Assembly (NCBI GenBank): GCA_938082545.1
Contig: CALKCL010000004.1
Span: 3,687-67,686 of the forward strand
Direction: 5' to 3'
DNA: 64,000 nt
Origin: an uncultured Gammaproteobacteria bacterium
Lineage (GTDB): Bacteria > Pseudomonadota > Gammaproteobacteria > Ga0077536
Every line of letters starts with the position of its first letter. The first letter of the stretch is position 1. The notes under the pieces were generated by a model. The model was not told the DNA's origin. It made no database searches and worked only from the letters and a program-made list of their open reading frames with translations. Made by a program: the position numbers and the translations under genes. Below are positions 55,738-64,000 of the stretch, one piece after another.

Positions 55738-56982
55738 TTACATACTGTTAGCTAACTCATCTCTGAACTTTGGATGAGCAATACCGATAAGTTCATCTGC
55801 TCTCTCCCAAAGCGTTTTTCCTCTTAATGATGCGATTCCATACTCAGTAATGACGTAGTCAACACAGTAACGTGGCGTAGTCACTACACTCCCAGATGCA
55901 AGCGATGGCACAATCTTAGAATGCTTATCTCCATTGGTAGAGGAAGGCATCGCTAAGATAGACACACCACCTTTTGACAACAGAGCAGCCTGAATATAAT
56001 CAAGGCTACCACCAACTCCACTCATTTGAATTGGACCAATGGTCTCGCCATTACTTTGGCCGTGGAGATCGATTTCAATAGCCGAGTTAATGGATACAAA
56101 AGGCTGTAGCTTTGCGAGCTCGAAGAAATTATGGGTCTTGGATAATGGAGCCATCTCCACACGCTCATTTAAGTGACAATAGTCATAAAGCGCCTGATTC
56201 CCAGCTAATTCTCCATTGATTACTTTAGTCGAGCTTGGCGTAGCTTCAAGAAACTGCACCAAACTCTGAGAAAGCATACCCGAAAAAAGGTTAACACCTT
56301 TTATATCTGATAAGCCTGCTAATACTCTATCTGGGATAGCGCCCACTCCAAATTGCACCCATGCATTATCCGGCACCAAGCTCAAAACATACTCCACAAT
56401 TTTTTGATCACGCGGCCCCGCTTGGCCTGTATCGTAAATGATCAGAGCCTCTGACGATTCTATTCCGTAATCTATATCCTCTAATCGAATACGAGTGTTG
56501 CCGCATGTTACGGGCATGTTAGAGTTCATCTCCGCTATAACTAATGTTGCTTCGGATACGAAATGGAGATTGGGGCCAACCGAAATCCCCAAACTGACAG
56601 TACCATCAGATTGAGGCAGAGAGGTTTGAATAACCACGGCATCGGGGCTAACTGCACCACCTTGTCTCACCACTTGATCTAAATCACTCAATCGAGTTGG
56701 GATAAAGGAGACCTTCCGCCTATCATTTTCTTGAAACAAGCTTCTCAACTTAGGCGCTGCCTGCCAAGTTTTATAATGAAAATTAGTTCCCAGACCAGTT
56801 TCTAGAAATTGATAATCACCTAGAGAGAGTCCTGAGCATACGGTCAAAGCAGAGAACCTCCCAATATCCTTGGAAAAAGCCTCATAAAATCTCACTGGAT
56901 TAGCACACGACCCAGGGAATACCAGATGAGAACCATCATTAATTTGGGCTACGGCTTCTTGAGGTTCAACGATTTTAGCCAT
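55738..56982 (-). CDS. acetyl-CoA hydrolase/transferase family protein (4-hydroxybutyrate CoA-transferase-like)
   Basis: 414 aa. GVGAIPD, SINSAIEIDLHGQ, GVGGSLDY and VDYVITEYG blocks. Confidence 0.75.
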   Translation of the reverse strand: MAKIVEPQEAVAQINDGSHLVFPGSCANPVRFYEAFSKDIGRFSALTVCSGLSLGDYQFLETGLGTNFHYKTWQAAPKLRSLFQENDRRKVSFIPTRLSDLDQVVRQGGAVSPDAVVIQTSLPQSDGTVSLGISVGPNLHFVSEATLVIAEMNSNMPVTCGNTRIRLEDIDYGIESSEALIIYDTGQAGPRDQKIVEYVLSLVPDNAWVQFGVGAIPDRVLAGLSDIKGVNLFSGMLSQSLVQFLEATPSSTKVINGELAGNQALYDYCHLNERVEMAPLSKTHNFFELAKLQPFVSINSAIEIDLHGQSNGETIGPIQMSGVGGSLDYIQAALLSKGGVSILAMPSSTNGDKHSKIVPSLASGSVVTTPRYCVDYVITEYGIASLRGKTLWERADELIGIAHPKFRDELANSM

Positions 56983-57143
56983 TTTACTTACCTACACCTT
57001 CGAATTTCTAATGCCAGAGTCTGAGCATAACGCAAATTGAACAAAAAAAGCTCCTAGAAAGAAGGCTCACTAAATGTTATAAAACGGCACATGTGGATAC
57101 TGCTTAAGTACGAAGAACATCAACAATTAGTAGGAAATTTTAA

Positions 57144-58724
57144 ATGATATTTGGTGTAGAGCCTCTGATTTTTTGGGGCTGGTTATTTCTAGCGCTTTAT
57201 ATAAGCATGATGATTATTTTCGGCTTAGTGGGCATGAGCCGAGTTAAGGACAGTGACGATTTTGCTACCGCACGTGGTAGCTATGGCCCGGTTTTTCTAG
57301 CATTTGCAATGACTGCGACAGCAGCTAGTGGCGCAACTTTCTTAGGCTTGCCTGGACTGGCGTATAAAAGCGGTTTCTCAGTCTTATGGTATGCCGTTGC
57401 TTATCCACTAGGCCTCTATATTGGCGTAGCAATCTGTCTGGTCGCAGTGCGCAGAGCTGGCGCTTCATTCGGCAGCAGATCGATCCCTGAATTCCTGGGT
57501 GATCGCTTCAATTCAGACGCTTTGAGACTACTAGCAGCCTGTTTCTCGATGCTACTTATGGTCTATCTAGCTGGTCAACTGTTAGCCGGCGCAGTGATGT
57601 TTACACAAATGCTAGGTTTAGAAACGCTACAAGCGCTAATCATTACGGCTGTTGTCCTTATGTTCTATATCGCATTAGGCGGAGCCCATGCGGATATCCT
57701 TACGGACGGTATTCAAGGGGCACTGATGTTAGTATTAGCCTGTGCAGTACTTGTAATGTTTCTCATCGGTTATAAAGTAGATGGTGGGTTTTCTGGAATG
57801 GTGATGGAGCTAAACACCTTGGACCCGACCGGGGGGCTCACATCATCTATGTCTCTTACCAATCCGATTTTCAATTCCACTTGGGATATTTTTGCTATCT
57901 TCTTCGCTCATCTCCCTCTAGGGCTTTTACCCCATGTAGGAAACAAACTGTGGGCGCTCAAAAACGATGCAGATCAGAAAAAATTTATCACAATAGCATT
58001 TATATTTGGCATGATTCTTCCTGCTATTACCTGCGGTGGAATTCTAGCTCGTGCAATATTAGGTGATGCTCTTTTGTTGGAAGGAGCCAACCCTAACCAC
58101 GCGATTCCAGAACTCTTTATTGCAACGCTACCTGCCTGGGTCGCCGCGCTCATTTGCTCGGGAGTGCTTGCAGCAGTTATGTCAACCGCCGATGGCTTAG
58201 TAGTATCTACCGCTCAAATATTTGCTAACGATATTTTCAGGCGAACTATTGCACCGAGATATATGCAGAAGACGTCAGATGCCCGCATCGATAAAATCGG
58301 TCTATATATTAGCCGCATAGCTACAGTCTTAGTGCTAATAGTAGCCATATGGATCGCGTGGTCAACACGGGAAATGAACGTAGCGCTTCTAGTTTGGATA
58401 GGTATAGGAGGTATGATGGCAGCAACTGCTGCGCCGATGTTTCTTGGCGTTCTATGGAAAGGCGCGACACGTGTTGGAGCCCTGAGCGGATTTGTTACAG
58501 GTGGGGTAGTTTTTTCTGTCATGCACGGGGTAGGATTTGATGCATCTTGGTTGGGGAATGGACATCTAGAAATAGTCGGAACTTTTTTACAAGAGCAAAA
58601 AATTAACCCTTTTGCCTGCGCTACTATCGGAGGTTTCTGCTCAATAGTTACAATGTATCTAGTATCACAGGTGACTGAGAAACCAAGTGAAGAACATATT
58701 AAGCGTGTATTTGGGGAGTCATAA
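57144..58724 (+). CDS. sodium:solute symporter (SSF) family transporter
   Basis: 526 aa, about 13 TM segments. DDFATARGSYG...ATAASGATFLG pattern typical of SSF. Confidence 0.8.
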   Translation: MIFGVEPLIFWGWLFLALYISMMIIFGLVGMSRVKDSDDFATARGSYGPVFLAFAMTATAASGATFLGLPGLAYKSGFSVLWYAVAYPLGLYIGVAICLVAVRRAGASFGSRSIPEFLGDRFNSDALRLLAACFSMLLMVYLAGQLLAGAVMFTQMLGLETLQALIITAVVLMFYIALGGAHADILTDGIQGALMLVLACAVLVMFLIGYKVDGGFSGMVMELNTLDPTGGLTSSMSLTNPIFNSTWDIFAIFFAHLPLGLLPHVGNKLWALKNDADQKKFITIAFIFGMILPAITCGGILARAILGDALLLEGANPNHAIPELFIATLPAWVAALICSGVLAAVMSTADGLVVSTAQIFANDIFRRTIAPRYMQKTSDARIDKIGLYISRIATVLVLIVAIWIAWSTREMNVALLVWIGIGGMMAATAAPMFLGVLWKGATRVGALSGFVTGGVVFSVMHGVGFDASWLGNGHLEIVGTFLQEQKINPFACATIGGFCSIVTMYLVSQVTEKPSEEHIKRVFGES

Positions 58725-58726
58725 CA

Positions 58727-59491
58727 ATGTCTACTTTACTACTGGATAGGTCTATTATAATTACTGGGGGCAGCACCGGAATTGGGCGAGCAACTGCCTT
58801 ACGATGCGCAGAAGAAGGTGCGTTAGTTACTATCGCTGATGTAAATGACGCCGCGGGAAATGAAGTCATTGAAATGATCACAGCTAAGGGCATCGAGGCA
58901 CAATATTGCAATACCAACGTCACTAAGGCAACCGACGTAAAAAATATGGTCGCTCAAGCTATTCAAAAATTTGGCAAACTCGACGGAGCCTTTAATAACG
59001 CAGGTATAGAAGGTAACTTCACCAGTATTACTAAAATGACAGAAGAAGAGTATGACCGGACCGTTGATGTCGATATGAAAGGTGTTTGGCTTTGCTTGAA
59101 ATACCAAATTGAAGCACTGCTTAAGCAAGAATCGCCTGGTTCTATAGTCAGCACTGCCTCAGTTGCTGGGCTCGTAGGTACAAGGGGAGGTAGTGCATAT
59201 TGCGGCGCGAAACATGCTGTTATTGGAATCACTAAGTCCGCGGCGCTTGAGTGCGCCCGAAAAGCTATACGCATCAATGCTGTCTGCCCAGGCGTGATAC
59301 AAACACCGATGGTTGACCGGATGACTAGTGGAACCGGAATTACGCCTCAGGCTTTGATAGAACAAGAACCTATGGCCAGACTAGGAACTCCAAACGAGAT
59401 CGGCGAAGCTGTAATTTGGCTGCTGTCTGACCTTTCGTCTTTCGTAACCGGTATGGCAATGCCCGTAGACGGCGGCTATACAGCTCTATAG
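58727..59491 (+). CDS. SDR-family oxidoreductase
   Basis: TGGSTGIGRA, NNAGI, S...YCGAKHA. Starts 2 nt after the symporter gene. Confidence 0.85.
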   Translation: MSTLLLDRSIIITGGSTGIGRATALRCAEEGALVTIADVNDAAGNEVIEMITAKGIEAQYCNTNVTKATDVKNMVAQAIQKFGKLDGAFNNAGIEGNFTSITKMTEEEYDRTVDVDMKGVWLCLKYQIEALLKQESPGSIVSTASVAGLVGTRGGSAYCGAKHAVIGITKSAALECARKAIRINAVCPGVIQTPMVDRMTSGTGITPQALIEQEPMARLGTPNEIGEAVIWLLSDLSSFVTGMAMPVDGGYTAL

Positions 59492-59591
59492 CCGTCTAGA
59501 AACACTACTTCCAAAGCGCCCTTATGGGACGTCCATACCCCTGCTAGGCAAGCCCATCTAAGGTGGATTGACTGTCATAACGATGGGTCTG

Positions 59592-61238
59592 TTAACTTGT
59601 GGAAGCTAGTTTCTTCTTTTCAAGTTCTCTGAGCTCACGTCGCATAATCTTTCCTGTTGTTGTCATAGGCAAACTTTCAACAAACTCAATAATTCTAGGT
59701 ACTTCATGCTTCGCAAGACGACTCCTAACGAATTCTTTTAATTCATCCTGCAGAGTTTGTGTACCTTGAACTCCTTCTTTCAAGATTAGAAAGACTTTGA
59801 TGATTTCTGTTCGCACCGGATCAGGAATACCAATCGCGGCAGCCATTTGGATCGCCTCATGCTTCAGCAGCGCATCTTCTATCTCACTAGGACCAATACG
59901 GTAACCAGAGCTGGTAATCACATCATCCCCTCTGCCATGAAACCAAAAATACCCGTCTTCATCCATGTGTCCTACGTCACCGGTAATTAGCATATCGCCA
60001 ATAAATTTCTCTTTAGTCGCTTCTGGCTTATTTAAATATTCCAACAGCATAACCGGGTGAGGTCTTTGACAAGCAATATGGCCTTCCTCTCCGCAAGGAA
60101 CTTCCGTTCCACTGTCGTCTATGATTTTTACTACACTACCTGGTGTCGGCTTGCCTAAAGACCCTGGCTTAATCGGAAAAACATTACCATTGTTTCCAAG
60201 AATTACATTACATTCCGTTTGGCCAAACCCTTCATTAATCGCTAAATTTAATTCATCCTGGGCCCATTCAAGCAAACCAGCTCCTACGGCTTCTCCTCCG
60301 GACAACACAGATCTCAGTTTCAGTGTATGGCGACTCAAAGGGTCTTCAACTTGCCGCATAAGTTTAAGCATTGTTGGGGTCAATAATGCAAGAGTCACTT
60401 CATGCTCTGCTAGAACTCTATACGCATCTTCGGCATCAAAACCCTTCATAGCCGTAGCGACAACCTTACAACCGTGAAACCAGCCAGGCATCAACACATC
60501 CATTAGACCTGCCATCCAAGCCCAATCAGCGGGAGACCATAGCGCATCGGCATCTTGAGGGAAGAAATCGTAAATAAACTCTAAACTAGGCATGTGTCCT
60601 AACATCATCCGATGTGGTTGGACAGATCCTTTAGGCTGACCTGTTGTACCCGAGGTATAGCTAATCCAAGCGATATCTTCCGCAGCAGTCTTAGCGTTTT
60701 CAAATACCTCCGACTCGCTCGAAATACTGTTCCAAAAATTGAATGCGCCATCAGCATCCCCATCCACAATAATAATTTTTTCTAGCTTAGGGCACTGACT
60801 CCGCAGGCTATTCACTTTATCAAAATTAGCTAAATCAGTAATCACCGCTTTTGCACCGCAGTCATTCAGTCTATATGCGACCGCATCCCCTGCAAAAAGC
60901 ACTGAGCAGGGCCCCGATACCATCCCGGCCTTCCAGCAGGCAACGTGGGCTATCGCGCACTCCGGATTTTGAGCTAATAACAAAGTGACACGATCGCCTT
61001 TTGAAAATCCCCAGCTTTGAAAAGTATTTGCCAGCTGATTAGCATATTTTTTTACATCGTCAAAAGTATAAATAGAAGTCTCTTTGGCATCATTCTCATA
61101 AGCTAGGGCAATCCTGCCCGATCCATCTGCCCATCTATCGCATACGTCGTCGGCGATATTGTATTGCTCGGGAATGTCCCATTTAAAATTCGCATAAATC
61201 TCTTCGTATGTTTTACCTGGCTTAAGTAAGCTAGTCAT
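59592..61238 (-). CDS. acyl-CoA synthetase (AMP-binding family)
   Basis: YTSGTTGQPKG, GFGQTE and TTTGKIMRRELR. 548 aa. Confidence 0.85.
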   Translation of the reverse strand: MTSLLKPGKTYEEIYANFKWDIPEQYNIADDVCDRWADGSGRIALAYENDAKETSIYTFDDVKKYANQLANTFQSWGFSKGDRVTLLLAQNPECAIAHVACWKAGMVSGPCSVLFAGDAVAYRLNDCGAKAVITDLANFDKVNSLRSQCPKLEKIIIVDGDADGAFNFWNSISSESEVFENAKTAAEDIAWISYTSGTTGQPKGSVQPHRMMLGHMPSLEFIYDFFPQDADALWSPADWAWMAGLMDVLMPGWFHGCKVVATAMKGFDAEDAYRVLAEHEVTLALLTPTMLKLMRQVEDPLSRHTLKLRSVLSGGEAVGAGLLEWAQDELNLAINEGFGQTECNVILGNNGNVFPIKPGSLGKPTPGSVVKIIDDSGTEVPCGEEGHIACQRPHPVMLLEYLNKPEATKEKFIGDMLITGDVGHMDEDGYFWFHGRGDDVITSSGYRIGPSEIEDALLKHEAIQMAAAIGIPDPVRTEIIKVFLILKEGVQGTQTLQDELKEFVRSRLAKHEVPRIIEFVESLPMTTTGKIMRRELRELEKKKLASTS

Positions 61239-61286
61239 AGCTTATTTCTCCCTCTTTTCAGTTCATAGCTTTGCATTTGCTCGATC

Positions 61287-61303
61287 CTAAACTTAAAGTT
61301 TAG
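61287..61303. promoter_or_regulatory. perfect 17-bp palindrome CTAAACTT-A-AAGTTTAG (candidate TetR operator)
   Basis: Read directly from the sequence. Lies 49 nt upstream of the acyl-CoA synthetase start, in the ACS/tetR divergent region. Confidence 0.4.
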
Positions 61304-61394
61304 AGGTATGTCCACGTGCAAGGCTTAGTTAATTTGTTCTCCGTAAAGATAGCATGTGAGGTGTGATTTGAGAAAAAATAATTTACGGCTTTCG

Positions 61395-61423
61395 TGAATA
61401 ATGAATATTATTTTTATTATTCA
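61395..61423. promoter_or_regulatory. inverted repeat TGAATAAT-N13-ATTATTCA
   Basis: 8-bp arms immediately upstream of the TetR start codon(s). Confidence 0.3.
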
Positions 61424-61445
61424 TTGCTAGGTGTATACTGGCAGC

Positions 61446-62036
61446 ATGGCATTAACCGAGAAACACTCTGCTGCGCAAAAGACGATATTATCGGCTGCAT
61501 TAAAACGAGTGGCTAAGTTCGGCTACACTAAAACCACTATGTGCGAAATCGCTTCTGATGTTGAGATGTCTCCGGCAAATATCTACCGCCACTTCAAAAG
61601 CAAACAGGCTATATTAAAGTCCTGCGCCGAGCGTTTCATTGAGGAACGATTTTCTGTATTACAGCTTATTGTCGAGGATAAAAATAAAACTGCAACAAAA
61701 AAGATCAAAGACTATGTCCTCACTTTGGCGCGAGTAACCCAAGAATTGACGCACGGTGAATCTCACATGCCAGAAGTAGCAAACATAGTGACTCTAGCCT
61801 ACCCAGAGCTAAGAAAGGAAACAATTAAACGGCACCAAGATATAATTAATACTATCCTTCTCCAAGGAGTCGAAAGCAAGGAGTTCAAACAACATCCATC
61901 TCCCTCTTCGATTGCAGCTTTTCATATAATGTTAACCGCGTTCGAATATCCGTTTCTATGCCATCTATACTCGAAAATTGAGTTTGAGAACCATGCTAAA
62001 GAAGTAGCCAAAGTCCTGATTGACGCTCTGAAATAA
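61446..62036 (+). CDS. TetR/AcrR-family transcriptional regulator
   Basis: N-terminal HTH block GYTKTTMCEIASDVEMSPANIYRHFKSK. ATG 61446 or GTG 61431 as start. Confidence 0.8.
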   Translation: MALTEKHSAAQKTILSAALKRVAKFGYTKTTMCEIASDVEMSPANIYRHFKSKQAILKSCAERFIEERFSVLQLIVEDKNKTATKKIKDYVLTLARVTQELTHGESHMPEVANIVTLAYPELRKETIKRHQDIINTILLQGVESKEFKQHPSPSSIAAFHIMLTAFEYPFLCHLYSKIEFENHAKEVAKVLIDALK

Positions 62037-62127
62037 AAGTTTATATTATCGAGCCGTATGGGCAGTAGTGATTTTTCGTCTGCTCTGAGTCTTCTAGAAC
62101 ACACCGGTTTATACTAAGGAATATTGA

Positions 62128-64000
62128 ATGAAAAATTTTGAGGCGCGGTTTGCTGAAATAATACTTAACAATCGGATTATTGTGATTTTCTTATCGTTAC
62201 TGGTAGCAGGTCTATTAGGCACCGGTACAAGCAAGCTATATATGGATGGTAGTAATGAAGCTTTTTTCAGTGATGACAATCCAGAATTATTAGCATTTCA
62301 CAAACTAGAGAACACATATACAAAGCATGACAACGTCATTATTGTTCTGGCGCCTAAAGACGGGAATGTATTTACTAGAAGCACACTGTCGGCAATTGAA
62401 AACCTGACCGCAGCCTCTTGGCAAATGCCCTATTCCTCCAGAGTAGACTCTATAACCAACTTTCAATATACAGAAGCGGTTGAGGATGATCTAATAGTCC
62501 GTGATATGGTCACCGACGCTAATTCTTTGCCAGATGATGAAGTACAAAAAGTCAAGCAAGCAGTCCTAAGCGAACCAATACTCTTCAAACAGCTCATTTC
62601 TGAGAAAGGACACGTTACAGGCATAAATGTGACGTTGCAGATCGCCCCTCTGGAAAGGACTGTAGCCACCGCCGAAATAGCTGAGTACACGAGAGCGATG
62701 AAAGCCGACTTGAAAGCGTCTAATCCTAATATTGACGTATATTTAAGCGGAATGGTCATGATGGATGATGCATTCAACACTAGTGCAATAAACGACGTGT
62801 CTAAACTTTTACCATTTAGTTTTGCTTGCATGATGATCTTATTAGCTGTATTGGTCGGTCGTTTTTTTGGGACACTTGTCACGTTTCTAGTTATTCTTTT
62901 TTCTATTATCGCCGCTATGGGAGTCGGCGGGATGTTGGGCTATCCTCTAACCGGCGTCAGCTCTTCAACCCCTATCATTATCCTGACTGTAGCCATCGCT
63001 AACTGTATTCATGTGCTCACGACATATGCCCAGTCATTAAAAGAAGGCCAAAGTAAAAAAGAGGCCATGGCGAATAGCCTTAAAATAAACTTACAACCTG
63101 TGTTTCTTGCGAGCGCGACAACAGCAATCGGGTTTCTAACAATGAATTTCTCTGAAGTCCCTCCCTTTAACCACCTCGGAACACTAGTAGCTATTGGAGT
63201 CTTACTTTCTTTCGCTCTGTCTATAACTTTTTTACCAGCCTTAGTCACTTTGCTGCCAAAAAGTCGCGCTAAATTCAAGGAGAGTGATGGGAAAACTTTA
63301 CTCGCTATCGCAGATTTTGTCATCAGAAAACGCCGTGCTTGTCTTTGGGGAATGACTTTGATTACAGTCTTTCTAATAGCCAATTTACCTAGGAACGAGC
63401 TCAATGACATTTTCGTTCATTATTTCTCCGAATCAATAGATTTTAGGACCGACACAGATTTTATGGTCGAAAATCTAACTGGCGTCTATACGCTGAACTG
63501 GTCTTTGGAGTCTAAGGGGTCAGGAGGTATAAGCGAGCCTGGATTTCTCCAAGATACAGAAAATTTTTCGCTATGGCTAGAGCAACAACCCGAAACAATC
63601 CATGTTTCGCGGTTCACGGAGATAATGAAGCGGCTCAATAAGAATATGCATGGCGATGATGATGCGTACTACAAGCTACCTGATAATAGAGATCTGGCAG
63701 CACAGTACCTCCTTCTATATGAAATGTCCTTACCATATGGGCTTGATCTAAATAATCAAATAAACGTTGACAAATCGTCCACCAAAATAAGAGCCACGAC
63801 ACAGACGATCTCCAGTAAACAGGTCATAGCGCTCGACAAAAAAGCAAAAGCGTGGATAAGAGAAAACACCAGCTATGTGACTAGAGTCGACAGCGCGAGT
63901 ACCGTTCTGATGTTCTCTCATATTGGGCAACGAAATATCAAAACGATGTTAGTAGGTACGGTAATTGCACTTGTTCTAATATCAGTCATTTTAATGTTGG
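62128..64000 (+). CDS. RND-superfamily (MMPL/SSD-type) exporter, 3'-truncated by the window edge
   Basis: Not in the ORF track because it is open at the right edge. I translated 624 codons from ATG 62128 with no stop (MKNFEARFAEIILNNRIIVIFLSLL...). Topology is TM1, a large periplasmic loop, a 5-TM bundle (GMVMMDDAF...PIIILTVAIANCIH), then a second loop. RBS AAGGAA. Confidence 0.75.
   Translation, partial: MKNFEARFAEIILNNRIIVIFLSLLVAGLLGTGTSKLYMDGSNEAFFSDDNPELLAFHKLENTYTKHDNVIIVLAPKDGNVFTRSTLSAIENLTAASWQMPYSSRVDSITNFQYTEAVEDDLIVRDMVTDANSLPDDEVQKVKQAVLSEPILFKQLISEKGHVTGINVTLQIAPLERTVATAEIAEYTRAMKADLKASNPNIDVYLSGMVMMDDAFNTSAINDVSKLLPFSFACMMILLAVLVGRFFGTLVTFLVILFSIIAAMGVGGMLGYPLTGVSSSTPIIILTVAIANCIHVLTTYAQSLKEGQSKKEAMANSLKINLQPVFLASATTAIGFLTMNFSEVPPFNHLGTLVAIGVLLSFALSITFLPALVTLLPKSRAKFKESDGKTLLAIADFVIRKRRACLWGMTLITVFLIANLPRNELNDIFVHYFSESIDFRTDTDFMVENLTGVYTLNWSLESKGSGGISEPGFLQDTENFSLWLEQQPETIHVSRFTEIMKRLNKNMHGDDDAYYKLPDNRDLAAQYLLLYEMSLPYGLDLNNQINVDKSSTKIRATTQTISSKQVIALDKKAKAWIRENTSYVTRVDSASTVLMFSHIGQRNIKTMLVGTVIALVLISVILML

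Noticed and set aside
1-64000. Scan for mobile elements, CRISPR arrays, tRNA/rRNA genes, toxin-antitoxin pairs or defence-system hallmarks.
   Set aside because: No transposase, integrase or recombinase motifs. No regularly spaced direct repeats. No tRNA-like sequences in any intergenic gap over 80 nt. No nuclease, ATPase or methylase gene pairs typical of defence islands. The window reads as core chromosome plus catabolic genes.

Overview
This is a 64-kb, AT-leaning, densely coding chromosomal segment. The gene content looks like a free-living, probably marine, Gammaproteobacterium; that taxon is a guess from gene repertoire and cannot be checked here. I support about 60 protein genes.

I found no rRNA, tRNA, CRISPR array, transposase, integrase or phage genes, so nothing marks the window as a mobile island.

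The left half (1-32 kb) is mostly housekeeping: tag, thiolase, acyl-CoA ligase, pyrC, bioA, rnd, prc, msrA, a lolC-like permease, queD, sohB, avtA, trmO, phrB, icd-aceK, feoAAB and DAHP synthase.

The right half (32-64 kb) is an acyl-CoA and redox catabolic region:
- etfB-etfA-ETF:quinone oxidoreductase in one run with an orphan [2Fe-2S] ferredoxin and ferredoxin reductase.
- gcdH and two further acyl-CoA dehydrogenases.
- An APH-type kinase with a small partner protein (LvaA/LvaB-like).
- Four luciferase-like (LLM) flavin oxidoreductases.
- DUF1329, tandem EthD, VOC and SRPBCC proteins, and an intracellular PHA depolymerase.
- A CoA-transferase, a Na+/solute symporter with an SDR, an acyl-CoA synthetase, and TetR with a 3'-truncated RND/MMPL exporter.

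Candidates for under-described biology:
1. A tightly packed module at 5.8-9.0 kb behind pyrC-bioA: unknown protein, GT2, Pfs/PNP-like nucleosidase, and an SPL-type radical SAM enzyme.
2. The split kinase/ACAD cluster at 40.8-45.7 kb. It includes an unknown 333-aa protein and a 349-nt non-coding spacer strongly enriched in AGAGC/GCTCT motifs.
3. The ETF-ferredoxin-reductase gene run.
4. The LLM-rich island at 45.9-54.9 kb.

No single unambiguous novel system is proven. All functional calls rest on motif recognition by eye, with no database search.
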